Part shown: positions 38,129-46,530 of the stretch, piece after piece
How the letters are laid out: every line of letters begins with the position of its first letter
Position numbering within the stretch: the stretch's first letter is position 1
Assembly: GCA_963748015.1 (NCBI GenBank)
Contig: CAVVHE010000008.1
Coordinates: 512,001-576,000, forward strand
Length of the DNA: 64,000 bases
Source: Terriglobia bacterium
GTDB taxonomy: Bacteria > Acidobacteriota > Polarisedimenticolia > Polarisedimenticolales > JAIQFR01
Direction: 5' to 3'
Program-made: the position numbers and the translations under genes
Notes under the pieces: generated by a model
What the model was told of the DNA's origin: nothing
The model's database searches: none
Seen by the model: only the letters and a program-made list of their open reading frames with translations

Positions 38129-39018
38129 GACGCGTCTCCGGTGGCGTTCCCGTCGGACTTCATGAGCACGAAGTAGGCGTCCTCGAGCGTGGGGGCGACC
38201 GGCTCGAAGCCGGCCGGCGGGGAGCCGTTCGGCTCGTGGATGCGGACGCGGTTGCGCCCCTCGACGAGGATCGCCTGCGTCACGCTGCGGGTCTTCTGGA
38301 TCTCCTCGAGCTCCGCGCCGCTGACGGCGCCTTCCCAGACCTTCCCGGCGATCGCCGCCCTGGCGGCCGAGGGGGAGGTGACGGCCACGAGACGCCCGTT
38401 CCGGATCACCGCGAAGCGCGAGCAGAGCACCGCCACGTCCTCGACGATGTGCGTCGAGAGGACCACGATGCGGTTCTCGGCCAGCTCGGCGAGCAGGCGG
38501 TAGAAGCGCAGCCGCTCCTCCGGGTCGAGCCCGGCCGTCGGCTCGTCCACGATGATCAGGCTGGGGTTGCCCGCGATCGCCTGGGCGAGGCCGAGACGCT
38601 GCCGCATCCCGCCGGAGTAGGTCTTGACCTTGCGCTTCGCGGCGAAGGTGAGGTTGACCCGCTCCAGCAGCTCCGCGGCGAGCTTCTTGAGGCCGCCCGG
38701 CGCCTCGACCCCCTTGAGCTTCAGCAGGTGGACGAGCATCGCCTCGCCGGTCAGGTGCGGGTAGAAGCCGAACTCCTGGGGCAGGTAGCCGAGCTGCGCC
38801 CAGACCCTCTCGGGACGGCCGACGATGTCGTCGCCGTCCAGGGTGACGGTCCCCGCCGTGGGCTCGAGCAGCCCCGCGAGGATCCGCATCAGCGTGGTCT
38901 TGCCCGCCCCGTTGGGCCCGAGCAGGCCGAACATCCCCTGGCCGATCTCGAGGTCGACCCCCTGCAGGGCGGCCACCGGCCCCGGATAGACCTTCGTGAG
39001 GTTCTTGATGACGAGCAT
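38125..39018 (-). CDS. ABC transporter ATP-binding protein
   Basis: GPNGAGKT, YSGGMRQR, IIVDEPT, LSTH. Confidence 0.95.
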   Translation of the reverse strand: MLVIKNLTKVYPGPVAALQGVDLEIGQGMFGLLGPNGAGKTTLMRILAGLLEPTAGTVTLDGDDIVGRPERVWAQLGYLPQEFGFYPHLTGEAMLVHLLKLKGVEAPGGLKKLAAELLERVNLTFAAKRKVKTYSGGMRQRLGLAQAIAGNPSLIIVDEPTAGLDPEERLRFYRLLAELAENRIVVLSTHIVEDVAVLCSRFAVIRNGRLVAVTSPSAARAAIAGKVWEGAVSGAELEEIQKTRSVTQAILVEGRNRVRIHEPNGSPPAGFEPVAPTLEDAYFVLMKSDGNATGDAS

Positions 39019-39204
39019 TCCGGCTCCCCCCGCTGCGTGCGGACCCAAATCGTTGATCCTTCCTCGTAGTGTACGCCTCCCGGACGCGGAGGTTCCCCGG
39101 GACGGGCGGCGGGAGCCCATGTAGGGCTAGGATGTAGGGCCGAAACCCGGGTTCCCCGGTCTCGTAGGGAGGAGCCGGGATCGTCCTTTCGAGGAGAAGA
39201 GAGC

Positions 39205-41277
39205 ATGCGCGCTTCGCGATTCCTGATGGCTGCCGCTTCGATCGTTCTCTTGATGTCCCTCGCCCTGGCGGCCGAGCCCGCCAAGGGGAACTCCGCGACG
39301 GTCGCCGCTCCGGCGACGTCCACCGCGGCGGCCGTCTTGTCGGCGATGGACAGCAGCGTCCAGCCGTGCCAGGACTTCTACCGCTACGCCTGCGGCGGCT
39401 GGCTCGACAAGACGCAGCTCCCGGCCGACCAGTCGCGCTGGGGCCGCGGCTTCGCCGAGATCACGGAGCGGAACCGGCAGGCGCTTCGCGACATCCTCGA
39501 GGCGGCCGCGAAGGAGCAGGGGGGCACGCCGGAGCGCGCGAAGCTAGGCGCCTTCTACTCCGCCTGCATGGAAGACGAGAAGGTCGAGAAGGCGGGTGCC
39601 GATCCCCTGAAGCCCCTCCTCAAGGAGATCGACGAGGTCAAGGACCCCGCTTCGGTCATGACGATGGCCGCGAAGCTCCACGGGTACCGGGTCCCGGTCC
39701 TCTTCCGCCTCGGCGCGCAGGGGGACTTCAAGAACCCCGATTTCGCCATCGCCGTCTTCTCGCAGGGCGGCCTCGGGCTCCCCGACCGCGACTACTACCT
39801 CAAGGACGACGACCGCAGCAAGCAGCTCCGGGCGGATTACCAGGCCCACGTGACGAAGATGCTCCAGCTACTCGGCGAGCCCGAGGAGGCGGCGAAGAAG
39901 CACGCGGGGCAGGTCTTCAACTTCGAGCTGGAGCTGGCCCGAGGATCGCGCCCGCGGGCGGAGATGCGCGACCCCAACAAGACCTACAACAAGCTCGACC
40001 TCGACGGCCTCAAGAAGCTGGCGCCCGCGCTCGACTGGTCCCGCTTCCTCGCCGCGACCGGCTACCCGTCGGTGAAGGACATCAACGTCGGCGTTCCCGA
40101 GTTCTTCAAGGGGCTCGAGAAGCAGGTGACCTCGACGGACCCGGAGACGCTGCGCGCGTACCTGCGCTGGCACCTCTTGCGGGCCGCGTCCCCGCTGCTC
40201 TCCAAGGCGTTCGTGGACGAGAGCTTCGATTTCTACGGCAGGAAGCTCTCGGGCCAGAAGGAACAGCAGGCGCGGTGGAAGCGGTGCGTCGAGGCCACCG
40301 ACCAGTCGCTCGGCGAGCTGCTCGGCCCCGAGTTCGTCAAGCTGTACTTCCCCGGCGACAGCAAGGCGATCGCGCAGGATCTCGTCGCCCGGATCGAGGC
40401 GGCGTTCGAGGCGAACCTGCCGAACCTGAAGTGGATGGACGACGCGACGCGCGCACGGGCGGACGGGAAGCTCAAGGCGCTCAAGAACCAGATCGGCTAC
40501 CCGGACAAGTGGCGCGACTACTCGAAGCTCGCGGTCAAGAAGGGGGACTACTTCGGCAACGCGATGGCCGCGCGCCGCTTCGCGTTCGAGTTCGAGGCGA
40601 ACAAGATCGGGAAGCCCGTGGACAAGGGCGAGTGGGGGATGACGCCCCCGACGGTCAACGCCTACTACAGCGCGAACCTCAACCAGATGGTCTTCCCCGC
40701 GGGGATCCTCCAGCCGCCGTTCTTCGACCGCAACTTCCCGATGGCGATGAACTTCGGCGGGATCGGCATGGTGATGGGGCACGAGCTGACGCACGGCTTC
40801 GACGACCAGGGACGGAAGTTCGACCCGAACGGCAAGCTCACCGAGTGGTGGGAGCCGTCCGTTTCCGCCAAGTTCGAGGAGCGGGCCAAGTGCGTCTCGG
40901 ACCTGTACAGCGGTTACGAGGTCCAGCCCGGCGTGAAGCTGAACGGCAAGCTGACCCTCGGCGAGAACATCGCGGACCTCGGCGGCATCAAGCAGGCCTA
41001 CCTCGCCTACAAGAAGTGGGCGGCGGCGCACCCGGAGCTCGACAAGCCGGTGGTGCCCGGGCTGACCAACGAGCAGCTCTTCTTCGTGGGCTTCGGCCAG
41101 ACCTGGTGCACGATCCAGACCCCGGAGTCGGAGCGGATGCTCGTGACCACCGATCCGCACTCGCACGCGAGGTACCGGGTCATCGGACCGCTGTCGAACT
41201 CTCCCGCGTTCTCCTCCGCGTTCCAGTGCGCCGAGGGGACGCCGATGAAGCCCAAGGACGCCTGCGAGGTGTGGTAG
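39205..41277 (+). CDS. M13 family metallopeptidase (PepO/neprilysin-like), secreted
   Basis: PC.DFY.YACGGW, LGLPDRDYY, VNAYY, HELTHGFDDQG, GENIAD.GG. Confidence 0.96.
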   Translation: MRASRFLMAAASIVLLMSLALAAEPAKGNSATVAAPATSTAAAVLSAMDSSVQPCQDFYRYACGGWLDKTQLPADQSRWGRGFAEITERNRQALRDILEAAAKEQGGTPERAKLGAFYSACMEDEKVEKAGADPLKPLLKEIDEVKDPASVMTMAAKLHGYRVPVLFRLGAQGDFKNPDFAIAVFSQGGLGLPDRDYYLKDDDRSKQLRADYQAHVTKMLQLLGEPEEAAKKHAGQVFNFELELARGSRPRAEMRDPNKTYNKLDLDGLKKLAPALDWSRFLAATGYPSVKDINVGVPEFFKGLEKQVTSTDPETLRAYLRWHLLRAASPLLSKAFVDESFDFYGRKLSGQKEQQARWKRCVEATDQSLGELLGPEFVKLYFPGDSKAIAQDLVARIEAAFEANLPNLKWMDDATRARADGKLKALKNQIGYPDKWRDYSKLAVKKGDYFGNAMAARRFAFEFEANKIGKPVDKGEWGMTPPTVNAYYSANLNQMVFPAGILQPPFFDRNFPMAMNFGGIGMVMGHELTHGFDDQGRKFDPNGKLTEWWEPSVSAKFEERAKCVSDLYSGYEVQPGVKLNGKLTLGENIADLGGIKQAYLAYKKWAAAHPELDKPVVPGLTNEQLFFVGFGQTWCTIQTPESERMLVTTDPHSHARYRVIGPLSNSPAFSSAFQCAEGTPMKPKDACEVW

Positions 41278-41305
41278 TCTGCGCGTTTTCCGGGGGAGCG
41301 GCGAC

Positions 41306-42577
41306 ATGACGAGAGGGGAGGGGCAGTTCGGAGCGCTGGCGGCCGGCGCGGCGATCGCGGCCGCGCTGTGCCTCGCGAGCTGCGGAAACGGGTCGCCGGA
41401 AGTCCAGAAGCCGGCGGCCCCTCCCGCCCTCACGCAGGAGCAGCAGGAGCAGATCGACCGGCTCCGCTCGCTCCCGTACACGGGGAATGCGCCCACCGCC
41501 GACAGCGATGCGGACGGGGTCGCGGTTCTCGACGAGAAGCGCTCCTCGCCCGGCTACAGCCTGTACAGCGTCCACCAGCGGTGCCGCGCGGAGCTGATCG
41601 ACGCGAAGGGAAAGGTCCTGCGAGCGTGGCAGCTAGAGCCGAGCTCGAGCTGGTCCAACGTCGAGCTGCTGCCGAACGGCGACCTGCTCGTCGCGGGTTG
41701 GGACGCGAACGAGCAGGCCGACGCCGGGATCGCCGACGACAAGCGGTACGTGGCCCGCTTCGACTGGAACGGGAAGCTGCTCTGGAAGCGGATGATGCCC
41801 TCCCACCACGACGTCGAGGTGACGCCGGCCGGGGATCTCCTCACACTGACCTTCAAGCGGCGGATGATCCCGGCCTTCGACAAGACGATCCCCGTGAGGG
41901 ACGACCAGATCTCGATCCTCGATCAGAGGGGGAACCCGAAGCGTTCCTTCTCCCTTTTCGACATCCTGAGCGAGGCTCCCGGGATCTTCCCGATCTACCG
42001 GGTGAATCCCAACCGGGCCGCCGGCCCGCCGTGGATCGACCTCTTCCACTGCAACTCGATCGAGTGGATGCGGCGCCCCGACCTCGAGAAGAAGAGCCCG
42101 CTCTACGGGCCGAACAACGTCCTCGTCTGCTTCCGCCACCAGGACCGCATCGCCATCGTGGACACGGAGAAGCGAAAGGTGCTTTGGGCGTGGGGGTGGG
42201 GAGTCGTCTCCGCGCCGCACGACGCGCAGGTGCTCGACGACGGGCACATCCTGCTCTTCGACAACGGGATCGCGCGCGGCTGGTCGCGGGCGCTCGAGAT
42301 GGACCCGCTCACCGGCAAGGTCGTCTGGGAGTACAAGGCTCCGAACCCGCGCGACTTCTTCTCGGTCAGCCGCGGCTCCGCGCAGCGCCTCCCGAACGGC
42401 AACACGCTCCTGACCAACTCCGATCACGGCACCGCGTTCGAGGTCACGCAGGCGGGCGACGTCGTCTGGCGCTTCAACTATCCCGAGCGCAACGAGCGCG
42501 GCCGCCGCGAGACCATCGTCCGCACCAAGCGCTACCCGCCGGAACTCGTGGAGAGGCTGCTCAAGCGCGCGGGCTGA
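41306..42577 (+). CDS. Arylsulfotransferase (ASST) family lipoprotein
   Basis: Lipobox LASC; HHD, FHCNSI, PHDA...LLFDNG, GSAQRLPNGNTLLT.S. Confidence 0.85.
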   Translation: MTRGEGQFGALAAGAAIAAALCLASCGNGSPEVQKPAAPPALTQEQQEQIDRLRSLPYTGNAPTADSDADGVAVLDEKRSSPGYSLYSVHQRCRAELIDAKGKVLRAWQLEPSSSWSNVELLPNGDLLVAGWDANEQADAGIADDKRYVARFDWNGKLLWKRMMPSHHDVEVTPAGDLLTLTFKRRMIPAFDKTIPVRDDQISILDQRGNPKRSFSLFDILSEAPGIFPIYRVNPNRAAGPPWIDLFHCNSIEWMRRPDLEKKSPLYGPNNVLVCFRHQDRIAIVDTEKRKVLWAWGWGVVSAPHDAQVLDDGHILLFDNGIARGWSRALEMDPLTGKVVWEYKAPNPRDFFSVSRGSAQRLPNGNTLLTNSDHGTAFEVTQAGDVVWRFNYPERNERGRRETIVRTKRYPPELVERLLKRAG

Positions 42578-42674
42578 TGATCCGCCTCTCGTCGATGTCG
42601 CCCGAGCATCCTGCCATCGCCGCGGGCTCCCGGCGGCTTGGTTCGCAATCTGACTCCGAAATCACGCCGAAGTC

Positions 42675-42703
42675 TTGACAAACCGGCGCATGCACCGTAC
42701 ACC
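42675..42703 (+). promoter_or_regulatory. Putative promoter TTGACA-N17-TACACC
   Basis: Same motif as the three minus-strand copies; places the true start downstream, at GTG 42729 after AGGAG. Confidence 0.55.
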
Positions 42704-42728
42704 CAAGAGCAGTCGCCAGGAGATCGCG

Positions 42729-44918
42729 GTGCGGCTCTCGGCCACGGCACTCATCGGGATCGCTCTGCTGCTCGATGCATCCCCGTCGAACGCGCAAGAT
42801 CTTGCGTGGGCGAGACAACTGGGCGGGCCAGACTACCAAGGCGCTTATGCGATCGCCGTCGATCGTTGGGGCAACGCGCACACGACGGGGCCGTTCTACG
42901 ACACGGTGGATTTCGATCCCGGACCGGGGACCTACTCCTTGACGTCGTTCTACGGCGTGGACGACTTCGTCTCGAAGCTCGACAGCTCGGGCGACTTCGT
43001 CTGGGCGCGGCAATTCGGCGGAAGAACCTCCGGGTGGGGATATGACGTCGCCGTGGACGATGCAGGGAACGTGTACACCACTGGTTTTTTCAGGGGCACG
43101 ACGGACTTCGATCCCGGTTCCGGGGTCTACAACCTGACGGCCCTCGGCGCCTGGGACGCGTTTGTCTCGAAGCTCGACAGCGCCGGCAATTTCGTCTGGG
43201 CCAAGCAGTTCGGCGGAGGCGATCTCACTTGGGGTGCTGCGCTCGCCGTGGACAGCGCGGGGAACGTGTACACGACCGGAGAGTTCGAGGGCACGGCGGA
43301 CTTCGACCCGGGTCCGGGGACCTTCTTCCTGACGGCGGGGGGCGTCGACGGAGCGTTCGTCTCCAAGCTCGACAGCGCGGGTGGGTTCGTCTGGGCCAAG
43401 GCCATGGGGGGGCCCGGCGATGCCTGCGGCGGCGGAGTGGCAGTGGACTCCGAGGGGAATGTGTACGTGAACGGGATCTTCTCGGGCAATGCGGATCTCG
43501 ATCCCGGGCCAGGAACCTACCCGTTCGCGGCGGCAGGCGGATGGGATGTGTTCGTCTCCAAACTCGACGCCTCCGGCGATCTCGTCTGGACCAAGGCGAT
43601 GGGTGGGTTGGGCGACGACACACCGTACGGCATCAAACTGGACGGCGAAAACAACGTCTACTCGATCGGGTATTTCAGTGATACGGCGGACTTCGATCCT
43701 GGGCCGGGCGTTTACCATCTGACATCCGCAGGCGGTCGCGACGTCTTCGTCGGCAAACTCGACCCCTGTGGTGCTTTCGTCTGGGCCCGGAGCATGGGAG
43801 GATCCGGCGACGACGCGGCATACGATATCGCCTTGGACGCCGCAGGCAGCGTGTACACGACGGGGTACTTTCAGGGTATCGCCGACTTCAACCCGGGTCC
43901 GGGCGCGTACGAGCTGACGTCCTCGGGAGGCATCGACGGATTCGTGTCCAAGCTCGACGCCGCGGGGAACTTCGTTTGGGTCGGAAAACTCGGCGGGACT
44001 GGCGACGAGTTGGGGATGGGCATCGCCGTCGACGTCGTGGGAACCGTTTATCTTGCCGGCGAGTTCGCAGGCACTACGGATTTCGATCCGGGTCCAGGCA
44101 CTTACAACTTGAGTTCGATCGCGGGCGACTACGATGCCTTCGTCTGGAAGGGTTCCGATCCCTGCGTACGCTCCATCGGCGAGGGCCAGTACGGAGTGCT
44201 CCTGTTCGCGCCGCTCTGCACCCGCGACGCCGACGCCGAGCTCCCGGGAGTTCCCGGCGAGCCCTACGTCTTCGATCGCCGCGATCTTGCGCTCCGGCGA
44301 GGTGCCGGCGACCGGCTCTATCTCTCCGGAAGCGGGACCACGTTCACGAGCTTCGTGGTCGCCGACGCGGTCCGCGTCAACGGGCAGGATCTGGGAATCG
44401 GCCCGTACGGATCTCAGCGCGGGGTGCCGCCGTTCCGTCTCGAAGCGCCCCTCGAGTTCAACCTGATTCCCGTCCCGTCGGCGGAGATCACGGCGAGCGT
44501 CCCGGAAGGTCCCGGCGTGGTGAGCTTCGAGGCGCTCGACGTCGATCGCGGGATCTTCGGGAATACCGCGGTGTACCTCCTTAGGGATTGCGGTCTATGG
44601 CTCGAAGGAATCACGGGTGGGGTGACATCGCTTCATTTCGTCTCGCACGATGTGGACATGGGCGGATTGACGACCGACCTTCGCGTGGTGACCGGCCTGC
44701 TCTCCGAGCTTCGTGCGGATCGCGGTTACGCTCGCGCGGGATGCCTCGGAGCGCTCTCGGGCACGACACAGGCGGCGGATTCCCGCCCCGATCCGGCGAC
44801 CGGCGACGGCTGGTACTACCTCGCGCGCGGCACCTGCTCCGATCCGACGTACGGGCGGGGGTCGGGAGCGACTCCGGATCCGAGGGAGCTCCTGACGGCC
44901 TCGGAGCCCTGCCCGTAG
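42729..44918 (+). CDS. Secreted SBBP-repeat beta-propeller protein with Cys-ending C-terminal domain
   Basis: Seven to eight repeats of AVD..GNVYTTG.F.GT.DFDPGPG...D.FVSKLD..G.FVWA; signal peptide. Confidence 0.88.
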   Translation: MRLSATALIGIALLLDASPSNAQDLAWARQLGGPDYQGAYAIAVDRWGNAHTTGPFYDTVDFDPGPGTYSLTSFYGVDDFVSKLDSSGDFVWARQFGGRTSGWGYDVAVDDAGNVYTTGFFRGTTDFDPGSGVYNLTALGAWDAFVSKLDSAGNFVWAKQFGGGDLTWGAALAVDSAGNVYTTGEFEGTADFDPGPGTFFLTAGGVDGAFVSKLDSAGGFVWAKAMGGPGDACGGGVAVDSEGNVYVNGIFSGNADLDPGPGTYPFAAAGGWDVFVSKLDASGDLVWTKAMGGLGDDTPYGIKLDGENNVYSIGYFSDTADFDPGPGVYHLTSAGGRDVFVGKLDPCGAFVWARSMGGSGDDAAYDIALDAAGSVYTTGYFQGIADFNPGPGAYELTSSGGIDGFVSKLDAAGNFVWVGKLGGTGDELGMGIAVDVVGTVYLAGEFAGTTDFDPGPGTYNLSSIAGDYDAFVWKGSDPCVRSIGEGQYGVLLFAPLCTRDADAELPGVPGEPYVFDRRDLALRRGAGDRLYLSGSGTTFTSFVVADAVRVNGQDLGIGPYGSQRGVPPFRLEAPLEFNLIPVPSAEITASVPEGPGVVSFEALDVDRGIFGNTAVYLLRDCGLWLEGITGGVTSLHFVSHDVDMGGLTTDLRVVTGLLSELRADRGYARAGCLGALSGTTQAADSRPDPATGDGWYYLARGTCSDPTYGRGSGATPDPRELLTASEPCP

Positions 44919-44948
44919 CGATCGACGCCGGGGCTCGGCGAGGTCTCT

Positions 44949-46433
44949 CTAATCCACGTACCCGAGGGCGCGGAGGCGCTTCAAGGTCTCCTCGTCCTGC
45001 GGGGCCTCGGGGGGGCGCCCGCCGGGCTCGGTCCTCGACCACCAATCGAGTGCTCGGGCCAGCTCGTCCACGGTGGCTCGCGGGAGCGAGGCGCCGCCCC
45101 ACAGGCTCTTGCGCTCGAGCGGGTCGGAGGCGAGGTCGTACAGCTCCCAGCGGTCGTCGAGCCAGGGCGTGTGGATCACCTTGAAGGTGCCGCGGAGGAC
45201 GCAGCGCGCCTTGAGGCGATTGGGCCAGCGCTGGCCCTGCTCGACGGACTGGGGCTTCGTCGCCTCCGCGAAGAGGAGCCGCCCCGCGGAAGACGGAGCC
45301 GGCTCCGGGTTCCGGAGCGAGGCGAGGAAGGAGTGCCCCTCGACGCCCTGCGGAATCGGGAGGCCGGCGTATTCGAGCAGCGTCGGCGCGAGGTCGATGT
45401 TGCAGGCGGGACGAGTCGCCGTGCCTCCCGGCGCGCCGATCCCCGGCCCGGCGACGATCAGCGGGATGCGGATCTCGGTGTCGTACACGCTCGGACCGTG
45501 GTTGAAGTAGTCGTCGTGCTCGGCGAGGGTCTCGCCGTGGTCGGACGTGAAGACGACGAGCGTGCTCCCGGCGAGGCCGAGGCGGTCGAGCGCGGCGAGC
45601 AGCTTTCCGATCTCGTCGTCCGCGTACCGGACCTCGCCCGCGTACAGCGCCTCGAGGTGGCGCGTGTTCGCGTCTTGCGCGCCTCGTGAGGCCGCCAGCA
45701 CGCGCCGGGCCACGTCGATGTCGCCCATCGAGCCCGTGACGGGGCCCCGGTAGCCGGGATCGAACATCGTGTCGTAGGGCGGGGGAGGCTGGTACGGGGC
45801 GTGGGGATCGAAGTAGTGGACCATCGCGAAGAACGGGCGGCCGGCGCGGCGCTCCGTGAGCCACGAGACGGCCGCGGAGGTGACCTCGGAGGCCGGGCGC
45901 ACGAGCTTGTTGTTCGGGTCCGACTCGAACGGCACCGTGAGGTTCTGGTCGAAGCGGTCGAACCCCTGCGAGACGCCGAACTCCGACGAGAGACAGTAGC
46001 TCGCGATGAACGCCGCCGTCTCGTAGCCGCCCCTCTTGAAGGCCGACGGGATCCCTTCGAGCCCGCCCGGCCAGCGGACGCCATTGCGGAAGACGCCGTG
46101 GGTGTGCGGGTGTTTCCCGGTCAGCATCGAGGTGAACGACGCGAGGGTGGTCGGGACGACCGTCGTGTAGCGCTCGAGGCGGACGCCGCGACGCGCGAGC
46201 GCGTCGACGTGCGGCGAGATGTCGCCGCGGAACCCGTACGCGCCGAGGTGGTCGGCCCGCAGCGTGTCCACCGCGATCAGGAGGACGTTGGGCCTGGCGC
46301 CGGACGCGCTCCCGCCCTGCGCCGGAGCGCCGCCGCCGCCCCCGCAGGACGAGGCGGCGAGCACCGCCACGAATGCGACGCCGAGGAGGCCCGGAAACCC
46401 GAAAAGACGATGCCTCGGGGACGCGACTGCCAT
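44949..46433 (-). CDS. Sulfatase-like hydrolase (alkaline phosphatase superfamily), probable lipoprotein, Thr at the nucleophile position
   Basis: PNVLLI.VDTLRADH, TLASFTSMLTG, HYFDPH.PY, FTSDHGE, DLAPT, ELYDL..DP.E; C-terminal RLRALGY. Confidence 0.9.
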   Translation of the reverse strand: MAVASPRHRLFGFPGLLGVAFVAVLAASSCGGGGGAPAQGGSASGARPNVLLIAVDTLRADHLGAYGFRGDISPHVDALARRGVRLERYTTVVPTTLASFTSMLTGKHPHTHGVFRNGVRWPGGLEGIPSAFKRGGYETAAFIASYCLSSEFGVSQGFDRFDQNLTVPFESDPNNKLVRPASEVTSAAVSWLTERRAGRPFFAMVHYFDPHAPYQPPPPYDTMFDPGYRGPVTGSMGDIDVARRVLAASRGAQDANTRHLEALYAGEVRYADDEIGKLLAALDRLGLAGSTLVVFTSDHGETLAEHDDYFNHGPSVYDTEIRIPLIVAGPGIGAPGGTATRPACNIDLAPTLLEYAGLPIPQGVEGHSFLASLRNPEPAPSSAGRLLFAEATKPQSVEQGQRWPNRLKARCVLRGTFKVIHTPWLDDRWELYDLASDPLERKSLWGGASLPRATVDELARALDWWSRTEPGGRPPEAPQDEETLKRLRALGYVD

Positions 46434-46530
46434 GCTCGACAGCCTAGACGCGCCCCCGAGGCCCGTCAAGCCGGCGCTGGCGCGGAGCGTGCTTCCATCC
46501 ACCGAGAGGCTCACTCGGAAGAGGTGTGCA

